64,000 bases of DNA. Origin: Rhynchobatus australiae. Taxonomy: Eukaryota. The DNA is taken from the NCBI GenBank assembly GCA_034780895.1, contig JAUZTB010000098.1, forward strand, positions 74,056,990 to 74,120,989. The letters run 5' to 3'. The position numbers were made by a program, and so were the translations under genes. The notes below the pieces were generated by a model that worked only from the letters and a program-made list of their open reading frames with translations, searched no databases and was not told where the DNA came from. Shown piece after piece: positions 62,890 through 64,000 of this stretch. Position 1 is the first letter of the stretch, and each line of letters opens with the position of its first letter.

Positions 62890-63160
62890 TAAGATGTGGC
62901 CCTATAATAATGAGAAAAAGAGGTATCTGTATCTATGAGAACAATATCTTTAGAAAATACAAACAGTTGTATTTTGTGACCAGCATGCTTTAGTTAATGA
63001 TGCCAGAAGGACTTCTGGCTTATTTATTCATTTGCTGTTTGATGGAGCTTGCTGTGTACAATTTTGTGTGGCTCTATTAGGCAGTGAGGGTGCTGTAATG
63101 TTGATGGCAAGGCATTTTGGCGAACTGTGAGGACATGAAAGATGTTCTTTTACACAAACT
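62890..63160 (+). mobile_element. Deu-domain SINE 3' part, decayed
   Basis: TTTGCTGTTTGATGGAGCTTGCTGTGTACAATT..GCATTTTGG..TGAGGACATGAAAGATG. Confidence 0.5.
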
Positions 63161-64000
63161 ACTGAGCATTTTTTTCCGCTTGGATTTTTACCATTTCAAC
63201 ATCAAATGTAGTAATTAAGACATTTCCTGTAAAAGTTCTGAATCTATGTGCTAGTGACCATTTTTACGAATCATCTATATCTTTTTTAAAAATTAATTTC
63301 TGAACTTGTATGTGAAAATACCTTTTGAGTCATATAATCTGATTTGAAACATATCCATGAATTTGCCCTTTTCTCTCTGCTTCAGATAACAGTAAATATT
63401 GTGTTATGTCCTGATATGTTAAATCTAATTAATTTCCTTGAAATCATATGGTCTACTTTGATGCCTGAAATGTGAGGAATTTGAATTTTTAACTTGTTTT
63501 TATATTCCAACAGTTCATTTCTGCAGCTGCTAGAAATATTACAGCATTATTGGCCATTAGGAAGTCTTTTTAGCTGACAGAGTTCAGATACTGACATCAG
63601 AGATATTTGTCACTGGCCTCTGTTGACCCTTTTATCTTGGCTTGGAAATATCACTTCCAAACTGTGAGGAAGAGAGGTGTTGCATATTTAATAATGCCCT
63701 GATATAAATAATTTGTGATGCATTATTAGAACTGAGCTTGAAAGTAGGGTGTGCTTCTTGAAGTTATTTGTTTAAAAGGGATTTGTAGCTGTGTTACTTA
63801 AGCTTTCGAAACTCAGTTTTGGCTAGCCGATTTTCTTCTTATTGTGTCATTATCATTTGCTGTTTTCAACCTTGTTGATTTTCTGTTCAGTGTAAGCTGT
63901 CTCGGATTTTATGAAAAATATTGTTTGTGGTTCCTAAGTGTGAACTGCTAGAAACAGTGCATCTGTGCAGAGTGGATGAGAGCAGAACTACAGGAACACA

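Overview
Eukaryotic, AT-rich, CpG-depleted vertebrate DNA. The repeat content (Deu-domain SINEs, a V-SINE, CR1, RTE and Rex1/Babar LINEs, Penelope and Harbinger fossils) points by inference to a cartilaginous fish, probably a ray or shark. It is a draft assembly with many N gaps. I cannot support any intact host protein-coding exon. Every ORF with a recognisable product is a decayed transposon fragment, and family calls come from recalled motifs, not database searches. Most repeat boundaries are approximate. The main non-repeat landmark is a CpG island at about 20.05-20.96 kb. It looks like a possibly bidirectional promoter with a + strand 77-nt exon, and 21-64 kb may be a long first intron. 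The items most worth follow-up are: (1) a 1,876-bp Helitron with both diagnostic ends and a decayed PIF1 helicase; (2) many short Penelope-end repeats with hammerhead-ribozyme cores, often fused into fold-back palindromes, two with apparent target-site duplications; (3) a candidate 3-nt microexon; (4) a CpG-retaining, motif-rich element at 51.8-52.3 kb and an ETS-RUNX-ETS cluster at 54.3 kb; (5) a cluster of Harbinger transposase and Myb/SANT fossils. I do not see firm evidence of a wholly new biological system.
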